The notes under the pieces were generated by a model. That model had not been told where the DNA came from, ran no database searches, and saw nothing but the letters and a program-made list of their open reading frames with translations. From Caldisericota bacterium (GTDB taxonomy: Bacteria > Caldisericota > Caldisericia > JAAYUI01), in NCBI GenBank assembly GCA_029548865.1, contig JAKPMO010000025.1, forward strand, positions 1-17,683: a stretch of DNA of 17,683 nt. The letters are read 5' to 3'. Shown here one piece after another: positions 1 to 7,877 of the stretch; positions within the stretch are counted from its first letter, which is position 1, and every line of letters starts with the position of its first letter. Both the position numbers and the translations under genes were made by a program.

Positions 1-1671
1 AATATTTTTATAGGTAACTATACAAATATATCCTTCACCACAGTACATTACTTCGATTTCTCCACCACTTGCGCCGGTTGCATTTTTATCCCACCTGTAT
101 TTTGTTGTTATTTTTTCTGTTGCCGGATCAAGCATCTCGAGGGAGTATCCAGTGCCAAACAAACTGCTATTTGTGGAAACAAAATAAATTTTTCCGTCCA
201 TGTAGGTTGGAAGCATTGCATCTCCGCCATAAGAACTCAGCTTCAGACCCGTTTTTGGATCAAAACAGTGAAGGCTACTGCCACCAGTCCAGACAAGCCC
301 ATTGGCATAGGTCATAAATAGACTTACCCATTCAGACTTATTTGGTTGCCATGACCACAAGAGTTTTCCATCTGCAAGCGAAATGGCAAACAGGGACCCG
401 TTGATACAGAAAAATTCCTTGCCTTCCGCAATCATGGCATTGGTGACCGTTTTAAATTGAAAACCCAGTTTGTCGCGCACATTGGTGGAAGTCCAGATCC
501 TGCCTCCAGTTTCGAGGTCGTAGCAGTTTACACCGACAAAGTCGTAGTTTGCCGAAACAAGGTAGAGCCTCTTGTCCAGCATCATCATGTTGCCGCTCAA
601 GCCGAGGTTCTGCGCCCACTGGACAGAAAGGGCATTTGTTTCTGTGCCGTTTCCTTCTGGCACGGCATAACTCCTGTTGTGGTTTGAACCATTGTTTATC
701 CAGCCCTGAGTGAATGTCTGTTTTGGTTTTGCCTGTTCAAGCGGTCTTGTGTAGCCGATAACAGCAACCGGTGTCTTTTTGTTTTCCCATGCGGCTGTGA
801 CGTCGAAGTTATAGACCCCTCCAGGGGCAGGTGTTGGCTTTGTTGAAGAAACGTATATCTTTTTTGTGCCATTTGCCGGTATGGTGAACTTTGTTTCCGA
901 GAGCGATGCCCACGCCGCTTGCTCGGAGAGGTTTACGGCAAGCGGGAGCGGCGAGCAGTTGGCAAGTGTTATTTCAGATTTCCCATAGGATTCCAGCCAG
1001 CCAAGGATTACCGGGTTTGGCGTGATCTTCAGGCACATTTCGACAACCTTGACGGTGAGTGTCGCCTCCAGTCCCATGTAGCTTGCCCTTATCTGGCACA
1101 CTGTCGGTTTGTCGCTTGAGAATCCCAATCTGTTGGCCCCAGTTTCCTTGGTTGTCCCGCTGCAGGCGCTGCTCCACTGGACCCTTGCGTATGGGACATC
1201 CTTCCCGTTCTCGTCGCTAATTTTGCATGATATGTCTAGCTTTTGGCCCACCTTTATGGTCACCTCGCCTGATGGGGTGAGTTTCAGGTTTTTTTCAAGC
1301 TGAATCTCCTGGGCCATGTAGACCATGACCCTTGAGGTGGCAGTGGTGTTACCCCATCTAGCCGTTATTGTCGAGAAACCGTAATCTTTGGCGTTTACCA
1401 TGATTTGGGTGCCGGACGTTTTTTCGATTGAAACGGCATCGCCTTCGACAGACCATTCAATATCAGGCTGTGAAACTTTGTTTCCATTTTCATCGGTTGC
1501 GATGGCGTTCAGTTTTGCATTCTCGCCAAGATTGATGACCAGCTCACCTGGCTCGATTCTCAGGAATTTTTCTTGCGCCTTTGCACCACCAAAACTCCCA
1601 ATCACAAACAGAGCTGAAAGCATTATCAGTAATGAATCCTTAAAATATTTCAAAAATCTTTTGTTTTTCAT
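1..1671 (-). CDS. Secreted protein with tandem Ig-like (Big_2-type) domains followed by PQQ-like beta-propeller repeats; 3' end runs off the window (>=557 aa)
   Basis: Not in the ORF track because it has no stop in the window. Manual translation from ATG 1671 is open to base 1. It begins with a signal peptide MKNKRFLKYFKDSLLIMLSALFVIGSFGGAKA. Two Ig-like repeats follow (LRIEPGELVINLGENAKLNAIATDENG..IEWS / LKLTPSGEVTIKVGQKLDISCKISDENG..VQWS), then propeller motifs CYDLETGGRIW, AISLADGKLLW and CFDPKTG. Confidence 0.85.
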   Translation of the reverse strand, partial: MKNKRFLKYFKDSLLIMLSALFVIGSFGGAKAQEKFLRIEPGELVINLGENAKLNAIATDENGNKVSQPDIEWSVEGDAVSIEKTSGTQIMVNAKDYGFSTITARWGNTTATSRVMVYMAQEIQLEKNLKLTPSGEVTIKVGQKLDISCKISDENGKDVPYARVQWSSACSGTTKETGANRLGFSSDKPTVCQIRASYMGLEATLTVKVVEMCLKITPNPVILGWLESYGKSEITLANCSPLPLAVNLSEQAAWASLSETKFTIPANGTKKIYVSSTKPTPAPGGVYNFDVTAAWENKKTPVAVIGYTRPLEQAKPKQTFTQGWINNGSNHNRSYAVPEGNGTETNALSVQWAQNLGLSGNMMMLDKRLYLVSANYDFVGVNCYDLETGGRIWTSTNVRDKLGFQFKTVTNAMIAEGKEFFCINGSLFAISLADGKLLWSWQPNKSEWVSLFMTYANGLVWTGGSSLHCFDPKTGLKLSSYGGDAMLPTYMDGKIYFVSTNSSLFGTGYSLEMLDPATEKITTKYRWDKNATGASGGEIEVMYCGEGYICIVTYKNI

Positions 1672-1747
1672 TTTCTTCCAAATATAGAATACACGAAAAA
1701 CCTCTGTTTTGTTCTTATGTTTTTTAATACTTGCAAAGAGTGAACTT

Positions 1748-1784
1748 AAAACAAAAGCCCCGAGGCTTAATGGCCTCGGGGCTT
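1748..1784 (-). terminator. Rho-independent terminator of the 854-aa gene
   Basis: Perfect 12-bp stem AAGCCCCGAGGC (1755-1766) / GCCTCGGGGCTT (1773-1784) with a 6-nt loop. It is followed on the minus strand by TTGTTTT and lies 30 nt after the stop at 1815. Confidence 0.9.
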
Positions 1785-1814
1785 CAAACGCTCCAGTTAG
1801 TCAAAAAGTTGAGC

Positions 1815-4379
1815 TTATTTTACAGTTATCTTCCTCGTGATTGTCTTGGTCCTTGCGTAGGCATCCGTTGCCGTTATCGTGACCACATATTCGCCTGAGG
1901 TCCAGGAGTGCTTGAAGCTTGTTTCAGTGCTGCCATCAAGCGTGTTCATGTCATCTTTTCCATCACCCCAGTCAACTGTCACATCACATGGGAACTGTCC
2001 GCCTTCCACTTTGACGCCAAGTTCGAGTTCTTTCCCAGACTCAATCGTGCTGGCCTTCGTATCAAGCCCGTTCCATTTTGCGGTTATTGTGAAATCCGGG
2101 GAAGGAATTGCTTTTACATACAACATCGAGGCAGATGCTTTTGCACCTGTTATCTTGCCGGTATATGAGTTTGTGGCTGTACATGAGGTGTTATTTATCA
2201 CTGTCAGGCTGTTGCCAGGGAACTGGATGTTCTTGTTAAGCTTGAATGCAATCTCGAAAGTCCTTGTCTCGCCAACCTTAAGTCTTCCAATCTCAAATTT
2301 GACGCCATTGATGCCTTGCGCTCCAGTTGGCCTTGAAGTGTCGTAAACAAGCTCATTGGGGAAATTGTCGTAGAGAACAACATTTATGGCATCAACAGTC
2401 CCTGCGTTTGAAACGCTTATGTAGAACACTGCCTTTTCATCTACATTGCAAGTGGATTTTTTCACCCATTTACGCAACTGCAAATTGACTTCTCCAACGA
2501 TCTGGACTTCTCCCTGGGCAGGTTCTCCAGAAGGAGACTGGATGCTGACTGCTCTCAGGTCTGCTATGCCGATTATCTCGCCAGAGGTCAGAGTTGCGCT
2601 TGCCCCACCGCCGTTTATGAGCAGTATTGTAGAGGTACCTCCATTGATAAGACCAAGGTTTGTAGAAAGCTCAACTGTCAGGATACCGTCGAGAATGTCC
2701 GGTGAAACTGTTCCACCATCCAGATCACTGTGGAAATCTACCATTACTGGTGTTGAATATCCACCGACAACAATAGATGACGATAGTGCCCTGATCCTCA
2801 TCACAATCCATGGTCTGTATTTGATTCCTGAGGGCCCAATCGGGTCCCCATTACCAGGCCCAAATCCTGACGGGCCACTGTTCGATCCCCACCAGTTGCG
2901 CCTTGCGTCTATCTTGCTGGACTCATAGCCATACTGGGCAACATTGAGCACTTCATCAATATTCACGAGGGCAGCATTTGTGTTCCCACAGAAAATGCAG
3001 CTTTCAATTACTGCATCTGTTGGTTGCCACAGAGGGCCAGTGGTTGAGTTTGGATAACGCCTTCCGGAAATACCAATGCCATAGGTATTTGCGTAGCTTG
3101 AATATGGGGGATATGCGATCATATTGGAAAGGAATGCACAGCGTCTTACAACCAGACCTACCGTGCCTATTGCATTTAATCCATAAGAGCAATTACGAAC
3201 AATGGTGTCAATAATAGACACGTTGTAAACTGAGTTGTCAATATAAATGCCCCTTATGGAGTCCTGGATCACGCATCCTAATATGGTCACGCCGGTCAGT
3301 GTTGCTGGGTTGGCCGAATAAGCATTGTCAGACCTTCCCTTTATTCCCAGGGCCATGCCATTTATTGCGTGGGTGTTACCGCACCTTGTAAACACGCAAT
3401 TGTTGAAGAGGATGTTTGTAAAATCGCCATATTTCAGGTTTATATCGATTCCAAACGGGCTTCCATATCCTGGCCAGTAACCTGTATTGGTAATTGTCAG
3501 GGAGTCAAAAATTGCATTCGAGAGTTTCTCGAAATACATGGCCTTGTAAGACAGATTCTGATAAACACAGTTTCTTATAGTGAGATTGGTAAAATCGTTT
3601 ATTCTCATTGGGGGTGGTGGAAGATGCGGGGTGCAAACATAGAAGCCATACCCCATGTTGATGAAATTGCATCTTTCCACAAGGAAATTGTTACAGGCAA
3701 CACTCTGGCGTAATGCGTCATTTTTGAAAAAATATATGCCGGTGTTGATGTTATTTATCATATCACAATCAACAACAACCACATTTGCGGTGCTTGCGGT
3801 GTAGTCAAAGAACATGCCATAGCTGCAGCGGTAGATATAAAGGTTCCTGAAGGTAAGGTTGGAGGTCGCCATTGCGCTGTGAATGGCGTTGCCGTTGGTG
3901 GGCCTGTTGTTGGTTGTTATGGAGAGGTTCTCGATGGTGACATTGCCAGACTGGAGGATAAAAGCATGGCTTACCAAGGAGGTAATCACTGTATCCTGGG
4001 TTGGATCTGTCCCCTTTCCTGAACCAATTATTCTTATTGCTTTTGTAATGGTTAGACTCTCGCTGTATGCGCCAGGGGCCACGTAAATGGTCGCATTTGC
4101 GGAAGTTGCCGCAAATGCCGCATTGATTGTTGGGAATGCATCAGTCCCTATAGTGTGGGGGTCCGGATCGCCAGGGAAGGTGACATTGGTTCCAGGTGGA
4201 AATAAAATAGGATCAGCCCAGTCGTCATCAACGCACGTATCGGGCAGACTAAAAGTGATCTGCAGATCTGCGCTTGAAGTTTTCGGTCCCTTATCAGCTG
4301 GTACAGCAGCGTATATGGGAGAGGATAGGAAAAGTAGAGCAATAACAAATATAGCCATAAGGCCATTTTTTCTCATCAT
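1815..4379 (-). CDS. Secreted right-handed parallel beta-helix (pectin-lyase-like fold) protein with C-terminal Ig-like, DUF11 and PKD-like domains
   Basis: Signal peptide, SD AAGGAGG. The beta-helix start motif FPTINAAF..TIYVAPGAYSESLTITKAIRIIG is followed by Asn/Ile-rich PbH1-like coils and the cap IDARRNWWGSNSGP. DUF11-like motif LQLRKWV..FYISVSNAGTVDAINVVLYDNFP; PKD-like VDWGDG..HSWTSGEYVVTITATD. Confidence 0.85.
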   Translation of the reverse strand: MMRKNGLMAIFVIALLFLSSPIYAAVPADKGPKTSSADLQITFSLPDTCVDDDWADPILFPPGTNVTFPGDPDPHTIGTDAFPTINAAFAATSANATIYVAPGAYSESLTITKAIRIIGSGKGTDPTQDTVITSLVSHAFILQSGNVTIENLSITTNNRPTNGNAIHSAMATSNLTFRNLYIYRCSYGMFFDYTASTANVVVVDCDMINNINTGIYFFKNDALRQSVACNNFLVERCNFINMGYGFYVCTPHLPPPPMRINDFTNLTIRNCVYQNLSYKAMYFEKLSNAIFDSLTITNTGYWPGYGSPFGIDINLKYGDFTNILFNNCVFTRCGNTHAINGMALGIKGRSDNAYSANPATLTGVTILGCVIQDSIRGIYIDNSVYNVSIIDTIVRNCSYGLNAIGTVGLVVRRCAFLSNMIAYPPYSSYANTYGIGISGRRYPNSTTGPLWQPTDAVIESCIFCGNTNAALVNIDEVLNVAQYGYESSKIDARRNWWGSNSGPSGFGPGNGDPIGPSGIKYRPWIVMRIRALSSSIVVGGYSTPVMVDFHSDLDGGTVSPDILDGILTVELSTNLGLINGGTSTILLINGGGASATLTSGEIIGIADLRAVSIQSPSGEPAQGEVQIVGEVNLQLRKWVKKSTCNVDEKAVFYISVSNAGTVDAINVVLYDNFPNELVYDTSRPTGAQGINGVKFEIGRLKVGETRTFEIAFKLNKNIQFPGNSLTVINNTSCTATNSYTGKITGAKASASMLYVKAIPSPDFTITAKWNGLDTKASTIESGKELELGVKVEGGQFPCDVTVDWGDGKDDMNTLDGSTETSFKHSWTSGEYVVTITATDAYARTKTITRKITVK

Positions 4380-4767
4380 GTCCTCCTTAGAAGATGAAAT
4401 ACAAAAATAAATAAATCCACCTTCTTATTAGAGAAAATTTATAATGTATATTAAGGTAATAATCAATTATTAATTATTTTATAATGTAATAAAATTGTAA
4501 ACAACCGGGGTTGGCAAGCTTATGTTTCATCTATATTTAACGATAAACATTTAACCCCGTTGATGGCGTTCCTAACAAGAGATGTCGTGCGTAAAATATT
4601 TTATGAAGTTGTGTGAAACCACAAACAATACGATAATATTTTATATCATTATATCATTATATGATTATATGGAATATATTTATTATTTCTTGAGTCCTCT
4701 CTGATAATTTCAATAAGTAGAATAATTATTAGGGATTGGTATAAAATCATTAAAACCAGAATTTGTT

Positions 4768-5160
4768 TTAATCAAACGCTTTCCATACAGATATAACAAA
4801 ATACAGGGCTGAAATAAACAGCGGAATGCCGGTTATTGTTCCTGCCCCAGGGCCTGCAAAATAATTTCCGGTTGCAATCCAGCCGATGGAATGCACGAAG
4901 AAATTTAATATTCCAGAAGCTATGGCGATTATGAATGCAAGCTTCTTCCCGAGCGGTCTTCCAAGCGCCATGAGCACCATGGCCAGACCTGAAGCCAGCA
5001 CAACCATTGATGCTGCAATCAGGTAATTTTCAAGCCTGTGGAATGGCAAGATAGGTATTTCATAAGTTCTGCCCCAGATTTCCTCAAAAATGTGGAGCAC
5101 CTGGAATGTAAAAAAGACAGCATAGATAGCCATCAGTTTATTTTCATTCGTTTTTGTCAT
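4768..5160 (-). CDS. HXXEE-domain membrane protein (~130 aa)
   Basis: The LHIFEE motif follows the first hydrophobic helix, and there are about four TM segments. Start taken at ATG 5160, which overlaps the rarA 3' end by 17 nt. The track's 5232 start overlaps rarA by 89 nt and is less likely. Confidence 0.75.
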   Translation of the reverse strand: MTKTNENKLMAIYAVFFTFQVLHIFEEIWGRTYEIPILPFHRLENYLIAASMVVLASGLAMVLMALGRPLGKKLAFIIAIASGILNFFVHSIGWIATGNYFAGPGAGTITGIPLFISALYFVISVWKAFD

Positions 5161-6400
5161 CTTTTTCAACCTGCCCCCTGGATTCCATCCGCTCCTTGAT
5201 GCGTTTTTCAAAGCCGATGTCTGTTGGCTCAAAAAATTTCGAATCCAGCAGCTCTTTTGGTAGATATTCTTGTTTCACAAACCCACTTTTGTGGTCGTGT
5301 GGATATTTGTAGTCTCTGCCCCAGCCAAGGTTTTTCAGTCCCCTGAAATTAGCGTTCCTGAGATGGATTGGCACCGGCGGAGTTGTTTTCTCGACCGTTT
5401 CCTGTGCGGCCCAGAGCGCCCTGGCCGTGCTGTTGCTTTTTGGGGCCTGCGCCAGGTACACAGCCACCTCGGACAGGATCAACCCGCATTCCGGGATGCC
5501 TATCTGTTCGACGGCCGAAAATCCTGATTGGGCAATCAGCAATGCCCATGGATCTGCAAGCCCGATGTCCTCTGCGGCCAGAATGACGAGTCTCCTTGCA
5601 ATGAAGGTCGGATCTTCCCCGGACTTCAGCATCCTTGAAAGCCAGTAGACGGCCGCATCTGGGTCTGAGCCCCTGATACACTTTATAAAGGCTGATATGA
5701 CCTGATAGTGCTCATCACCTGTCTTGTCATACGGCAATCTTCGCAAAACATCTTCTGATGGTATCTGAAGGGTATATTTGCCATCCACAGGAACCGAGAG
5801 ATTGAAAAGGTCTTCCAGAAGGTTGAGCGCCGACCTCGCATCTCCTGCCGACACCTGGGCGACAAAGTCCATCACCTCTTCTGGCATTTCTATGGTAAAC
5901 TCACCGAGGCCCTTTGGATCGATGATTGCTTTTTTGAGGATTTCCTTTATGTCCTCGTCGGAGAGTGGCTCCAGCCTCAGCACCCTGAGCCTTGAGAGGA
6001 GCGGGCCAATTACCTCGTAGTAAGGGTTTTCTGTTGTGGAGCCGACGAGCAGGACTTCGCCAGACTCGACAAAGGGGAGCAGAAAGTCCTGCTGGGACTT
6101 TGACCATCTGTGGATCTCGTCCACAAAAAGGACAGGGTGGTCGGCCTGCGCAAGCAGTTTTTTCAGGTCTGGAATGCCTGTTGTTACAGCATTGATGACA
6201 ATCGTTTGCCTTGATGTCGCTTTCCCGATCAGGTGCGCAAGTGTGGTTTTACCTGTTCCGGGTGGCCCCCACAGCAAAAGCGAAGTTGGCTTGCCCGACA
6301 GGGATTTTGAGAGCAGGCCGTCTTTTCCGAGCAGATGCTTCTGGCCAACAAATTCTTCTATCGTTTGTGGCCTCATCCTGTAAGCAAGCGGTTCTGACAT
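5144..6400 (-). CDS. rarA: Replication-associated recombination protein A (RarA/MgsA AAA+ ATPase)
   Basis: N-terminal PLAYRMRP, Walker A GPPGTGKTT, Walker B region FVDEIHR, STTENPY, and MgsA C-terminal motifs YDKTGDEHY..ISAFIKCIRGSDPDAA, EDIGLADP, PKSNS and YKYPHD. Confidence 0.96.
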   Translation of the reverse strand: MSEPLAYRMRPQTIEEFVGQKHLLGKDGLLSKSLSGKPTSLLLWGPPGTGKTTLAHLIGKATSRQTIVINAVTTGIPDLKKLLAQADHPVLFVDEIHRWSKSQQDFLLPFVESGEVLLVGSTTENPYYEVIGPLLSRLRVLRLEPLSDEDIKEILKKAIIDPKGLGEFTIEMPEEVMDFVAQVSAGDARSALNLLEDLFNLSVPVDGKYTLQIPSEDVLRRLPYDKTGDEHYQVISAFIKCIRGSDPDAAVYWLSRMLKSGEDPTFIARRLVILAAEDIGLADPWALLIAQSGFSAVEQIGIPECGLILSEVAVYLAQAPKSNSTARALWAAQETVEKTTPPVPIHLRNANFRGLKNLGWGRDYKYPHDHKSGFVKQEYLPKELLDSKFFEPTDIGFEKRIKERMESRGQVEKDDKNE

Positions 6401-6406
6401 GCGGCA

Positions 6407-6435
6407 ATTGTATTGGACAAACCGGTATTTTTCAA
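6407..6435 (-). promoter_or_regulatory. Sigma70-type promoter of rarA, probably giving a leaderless mRNA
   Basis: Minus strand reads TTGAAA-17 nt-TACAAT, then 6 nt (TGCCGC), then the ATG. No Shine-Dalgarno is present. Confidence 0.7.
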
Positions 6436-6455
6436 CACTTGCCAGAGCGCCCGTC

Positions 6456-6483
6456 TTGACAACCTTGAGAATACGCCTAGAAT
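6456..6483 (+). promoter_or_regulatory. Sigma70-type promoter of the leader/RIO kinase operon
   Basis: TTGACA (6456-6461), 16-nt spacer, TAGAAT (6478-6483). Divergent from the rarA promoter. Confidence 0.8.
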
Positions 6484-6519
6484 CACCTCAAAACAAATTC
6501 CGCCAAAGGAGGTGCGATG

Positions 6520-6576
6520 ATGAGAGTGAGAAACAATAACAACAATGCGCATCTTTTGGGCGGAGCCTCAGTCTAA
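6520..6576 (+). CDS. Attenuator leader peptide MRVRNNNNNAHLLGGASV (18 aa; 19 aa if started at ATG 6517)
   Basis: Strong SD AAGGAGGTG at 6506-6514, with GGAGG 7 nt before ATG 6520. Five consecutive Asn codons (6532-6546). TAA at 6574-6576 lies 27 nt before the terminator stem. Confidence 0.8.
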   Translation: MRVRNNNNNAHLLGGASV

Positions 6577-6603
6577 GCAATACCAAACCATAAAATAAAC
6601 TAG

Positions 6604-6636
6604 AAGGCCCGTTCAAAACAGGGAACGGGCCTTTTT
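6604..6636 (+). terminator. Attenuator terminator 1
   Basis: Perfect 11-bp stem AAGGCCCGTTC / GAACGGGCCTT with an 8-nt loop, ending in a T5 run followed by AATT. It lies upstream of the first structural gene. Confidence 0.85.
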
Positions 6637-6642
6637 AATTCC

Positions 6643-6679
6643 AGGGCCCCAGCGCACAAAAAGGCAAAGGGGCCTTTTT
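6643..6679 (+). terminator. Second, weaker terminator-like hairpin in the same leader
   Basis: AGGGCCCC (6643-6650) pairs with GGGGCCTT (6669-6676) around a large A-rich loop, with a T5 tract. Its 3' end GGGCCTTTTTAATT (6670-6683) is an exact 14-nt repeat of 6627-6640. Confidence 0.55.
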
Positions 6680-6703
6680 AATTTCCCGCAAAGGAGGAAC
6701 ACA

Positions 6704-6847
6704 ATGACCACGCTATTTGACAAGCTCGCACAAGCACTCACACCGGCCGTCGTCCGCGCATACAAGATAAAGCTCGAACGATACGAGGGCGGGAAAGTGT
6801 CAGCGGCTGGAAAAGCCGATCAAACAAATGAAGAAGGGAGGCATTAA
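6704..6847 (+). CDS. 47-aa small protein of unknown function (MTTLFDKLAQALTPAVVRAYKIKLERYEGGKVSAAGKADQTNEEGRH)
   Basis: SD AAGGAGG at 6691-6697, 6 nt before the ATG. First ORF after the attenuator. Its 3' end contains the SD of the next ORF. Too short for the ORF track. Confidence 0.7.
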   Translation: MTTLFDKLAQALTPAVVRAYKIKLERYEGGKVSAAGKADQTNEEGRH

Positions 6848-6850
6848 TTT

Positions 6851-6979
6851 ATGAAAAATGGCAAAGGATTCAAAGTTATGAAGTTGACGCAGATAAAACC
6901 AAAGATGACACCAAAAATAACGGTGCCAAAAGCAAAAAATTCCAAGGAGGAGTTTTGGAAGAAAAAATCTCCAAAATGA
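6851..6979 (+). CDS. 42-aa lysine-rich basic small protein (MKNGKGFKVMKLTQIKPKMTPKITVPKAKNSKEEFWKKKSPK)
   Basis: SD GGGAGG at 6836-6841. Starts 3 nt after the previous stop, and its TGA overlaps the ATG of the RIO kinase (ATGA at 6976-6979). 14 of 42 residues are Lys. Confidence 0.65.
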   Translation: MKNGKGFKVMKLTQIKPKMTPKITVPKAKNSKEEFWKKKSPK

Positions 6980-7800
6980 AGACAAGCCACGAGTCGGACG
7001 CTTCAGTCCGGCTCTGGCTCGAAAGAAAGGCCATCAGGACTGGTGAATTTGACCCAGATTTCCTGAGAGAGAGCCACCTGCGCGAGTGGATACTGCCTTC
7101 ACTGACTGCTTTCAAACAGCAGGGGCTGATCGAAGACGTGATTATGGAAGTCTCATCGGGCAAGGAGGCGACAGTCTACAGTTGCCTGGGGACAAAAAAG
7201 TCAGGGTTCCCGCTCCTTGCGGCCAAGGTTTACAGGCCAAGGATCTTCCGGAGCCTGAGCAATGATGCCCTCTACAGGGAGGGCAGGTGGGTTTCCCAGA
7301 AAAGCGTGCAAAGGGCCATAAACAGGAGGTCCACGATGGGCCACCAGTTCATGTTCGAGCGGTGGATTGAGGACGAATTCAGCGTCCAGAGGCTCCTCTG
7401 GAACAATGGCGTTGATGTCCCGAAGCCAATTGCGATTAAGGGCAACACAATACTCATGGAATACATCGGTGATGAGAACGGGCCAGCACCGCTTTTGAGG
7501 AAAGTGAAAATTCCAGACAAGGACATGGACAGGGCATTCAGGCGGATGCTGACAAACATCAGGAACATGCTCGGGCTCAATGTTGTCCACGGCGATCTTT
7601 CCGCATTCAACGTGCTATGGTGGGGCGGGAAGGCGATCATCATAGACATGGCGCAAGCCGTTGACCCAAGGTCAAACCCCAATGCCGAGTTGTTCTTCAA
7701 AAGGGACATGGCAATCCTGGGGCGCCACTTCAAGAGGGAGGAAGAGGCAAGGGAAATTGCCGATTCGCTCTGGCTGGAGTGGGAGACCGGGAAGATTTGA
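6976..7800 (+). CDS. RIO1-family atypical serine kinase/ATPase (bacterial type)
   Basis: RIO motifs SSGKEATVY (P-loop), AAKVYR, VPKPI, LMEYIG, catalytic loop HGDLSAFNVL and metal-binding IIDMAQAV. An alternative start at TTG 6955 has an SD only 4 nt away, so ATG 6976 is favoured by the ATGA coupling. Confidence 0.92.
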   Translation: MKTSHESDASVRLWLERKAIRTGEFDPDFLRESHLREWILPSLTAFKQQGLIEDVIMEVSSGKEATVYSCLGTKKSGFPLLAAKVYRPRIFRSLSNDALYREGRWVSQKSVQRAINRRSTMGHQFMFERWIEDEFSVQRLLWNNGVDVPKPIAIKGNTILMEYIGDENGPAPLLRKVKIPDKDMDRAFRRMLTNIRNMLGLNVVHGDLSAFNVLWWGGKAIIIDMAQAVDPRSNPNAELFFKRDMAILGRHFKREEEAREIADSLWLEWETGKI

Positions 7801-7809
7801 GGAAAACAT

Positions 7810-7839
7810 CCAGGGTCCCTCACAAAGCAGGGGCCCTGG
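7810..7839 (+). other. Intercistronic GC-rich hairpin without a U-tract
   Basis: 11-bp stem CCAGGGTCCCT / AGGGGCCCTGG (one U-G pair) with loop CACAAAGC, between the RIO kinase and GNAT genes. Confidence 0.6.
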
Positions 7840-7877
7840 TCTACTCGAAAATTGATGAAAACAACATGGGAGACAAA

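Larger units (their letters stand above)
6499..6683 (+). promoter_or_regulatory. Ribosome-dependent transcription attenuator (leader peptide, antiterminator and tandem terminators)
   Basis: Alternative helices identified by eye: 6499-6516 with 6548-6564 (1:2); 6554-6568 with 6605-6618 (2:3 antiterminator, 14 bp with two G-U pairs and one bulge); 6604-6614 with 6623-6633 plus a U-tract (3:4 terminator). A second terminator-like hairpin lies at 6643-6679. Confidence 0.8.

Noticed and set aside
69..1687. Short ORFs listed in the track over the first 1.7 kb
   Set aside because: They are antisense or off-frame shadows of the long minus-strand CDS 1-1671, which has a signal peptide and coherent domains.
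4556..4592. GATGGCGTTC resembling the start of a fluoride riboswitch; GGGGTTAA..GCCAACCCCG on the minus strand resembling c-di-AMP riboswitch pieces
   Set aside because: The remaining conserved elements (GCTRATGAC..CTAC; GCTGAATCC and partners) are absent, and no fitting downstream gene lies on the plus strand.
6800..7163. Minus-strand 61-aa and 95-aa ORFs across the microprotein region
   Set aside because: The plus-strand small ORFs have strong SDs, tight coupling and lie in the promoter/attenuator direction, so they explain this region better.
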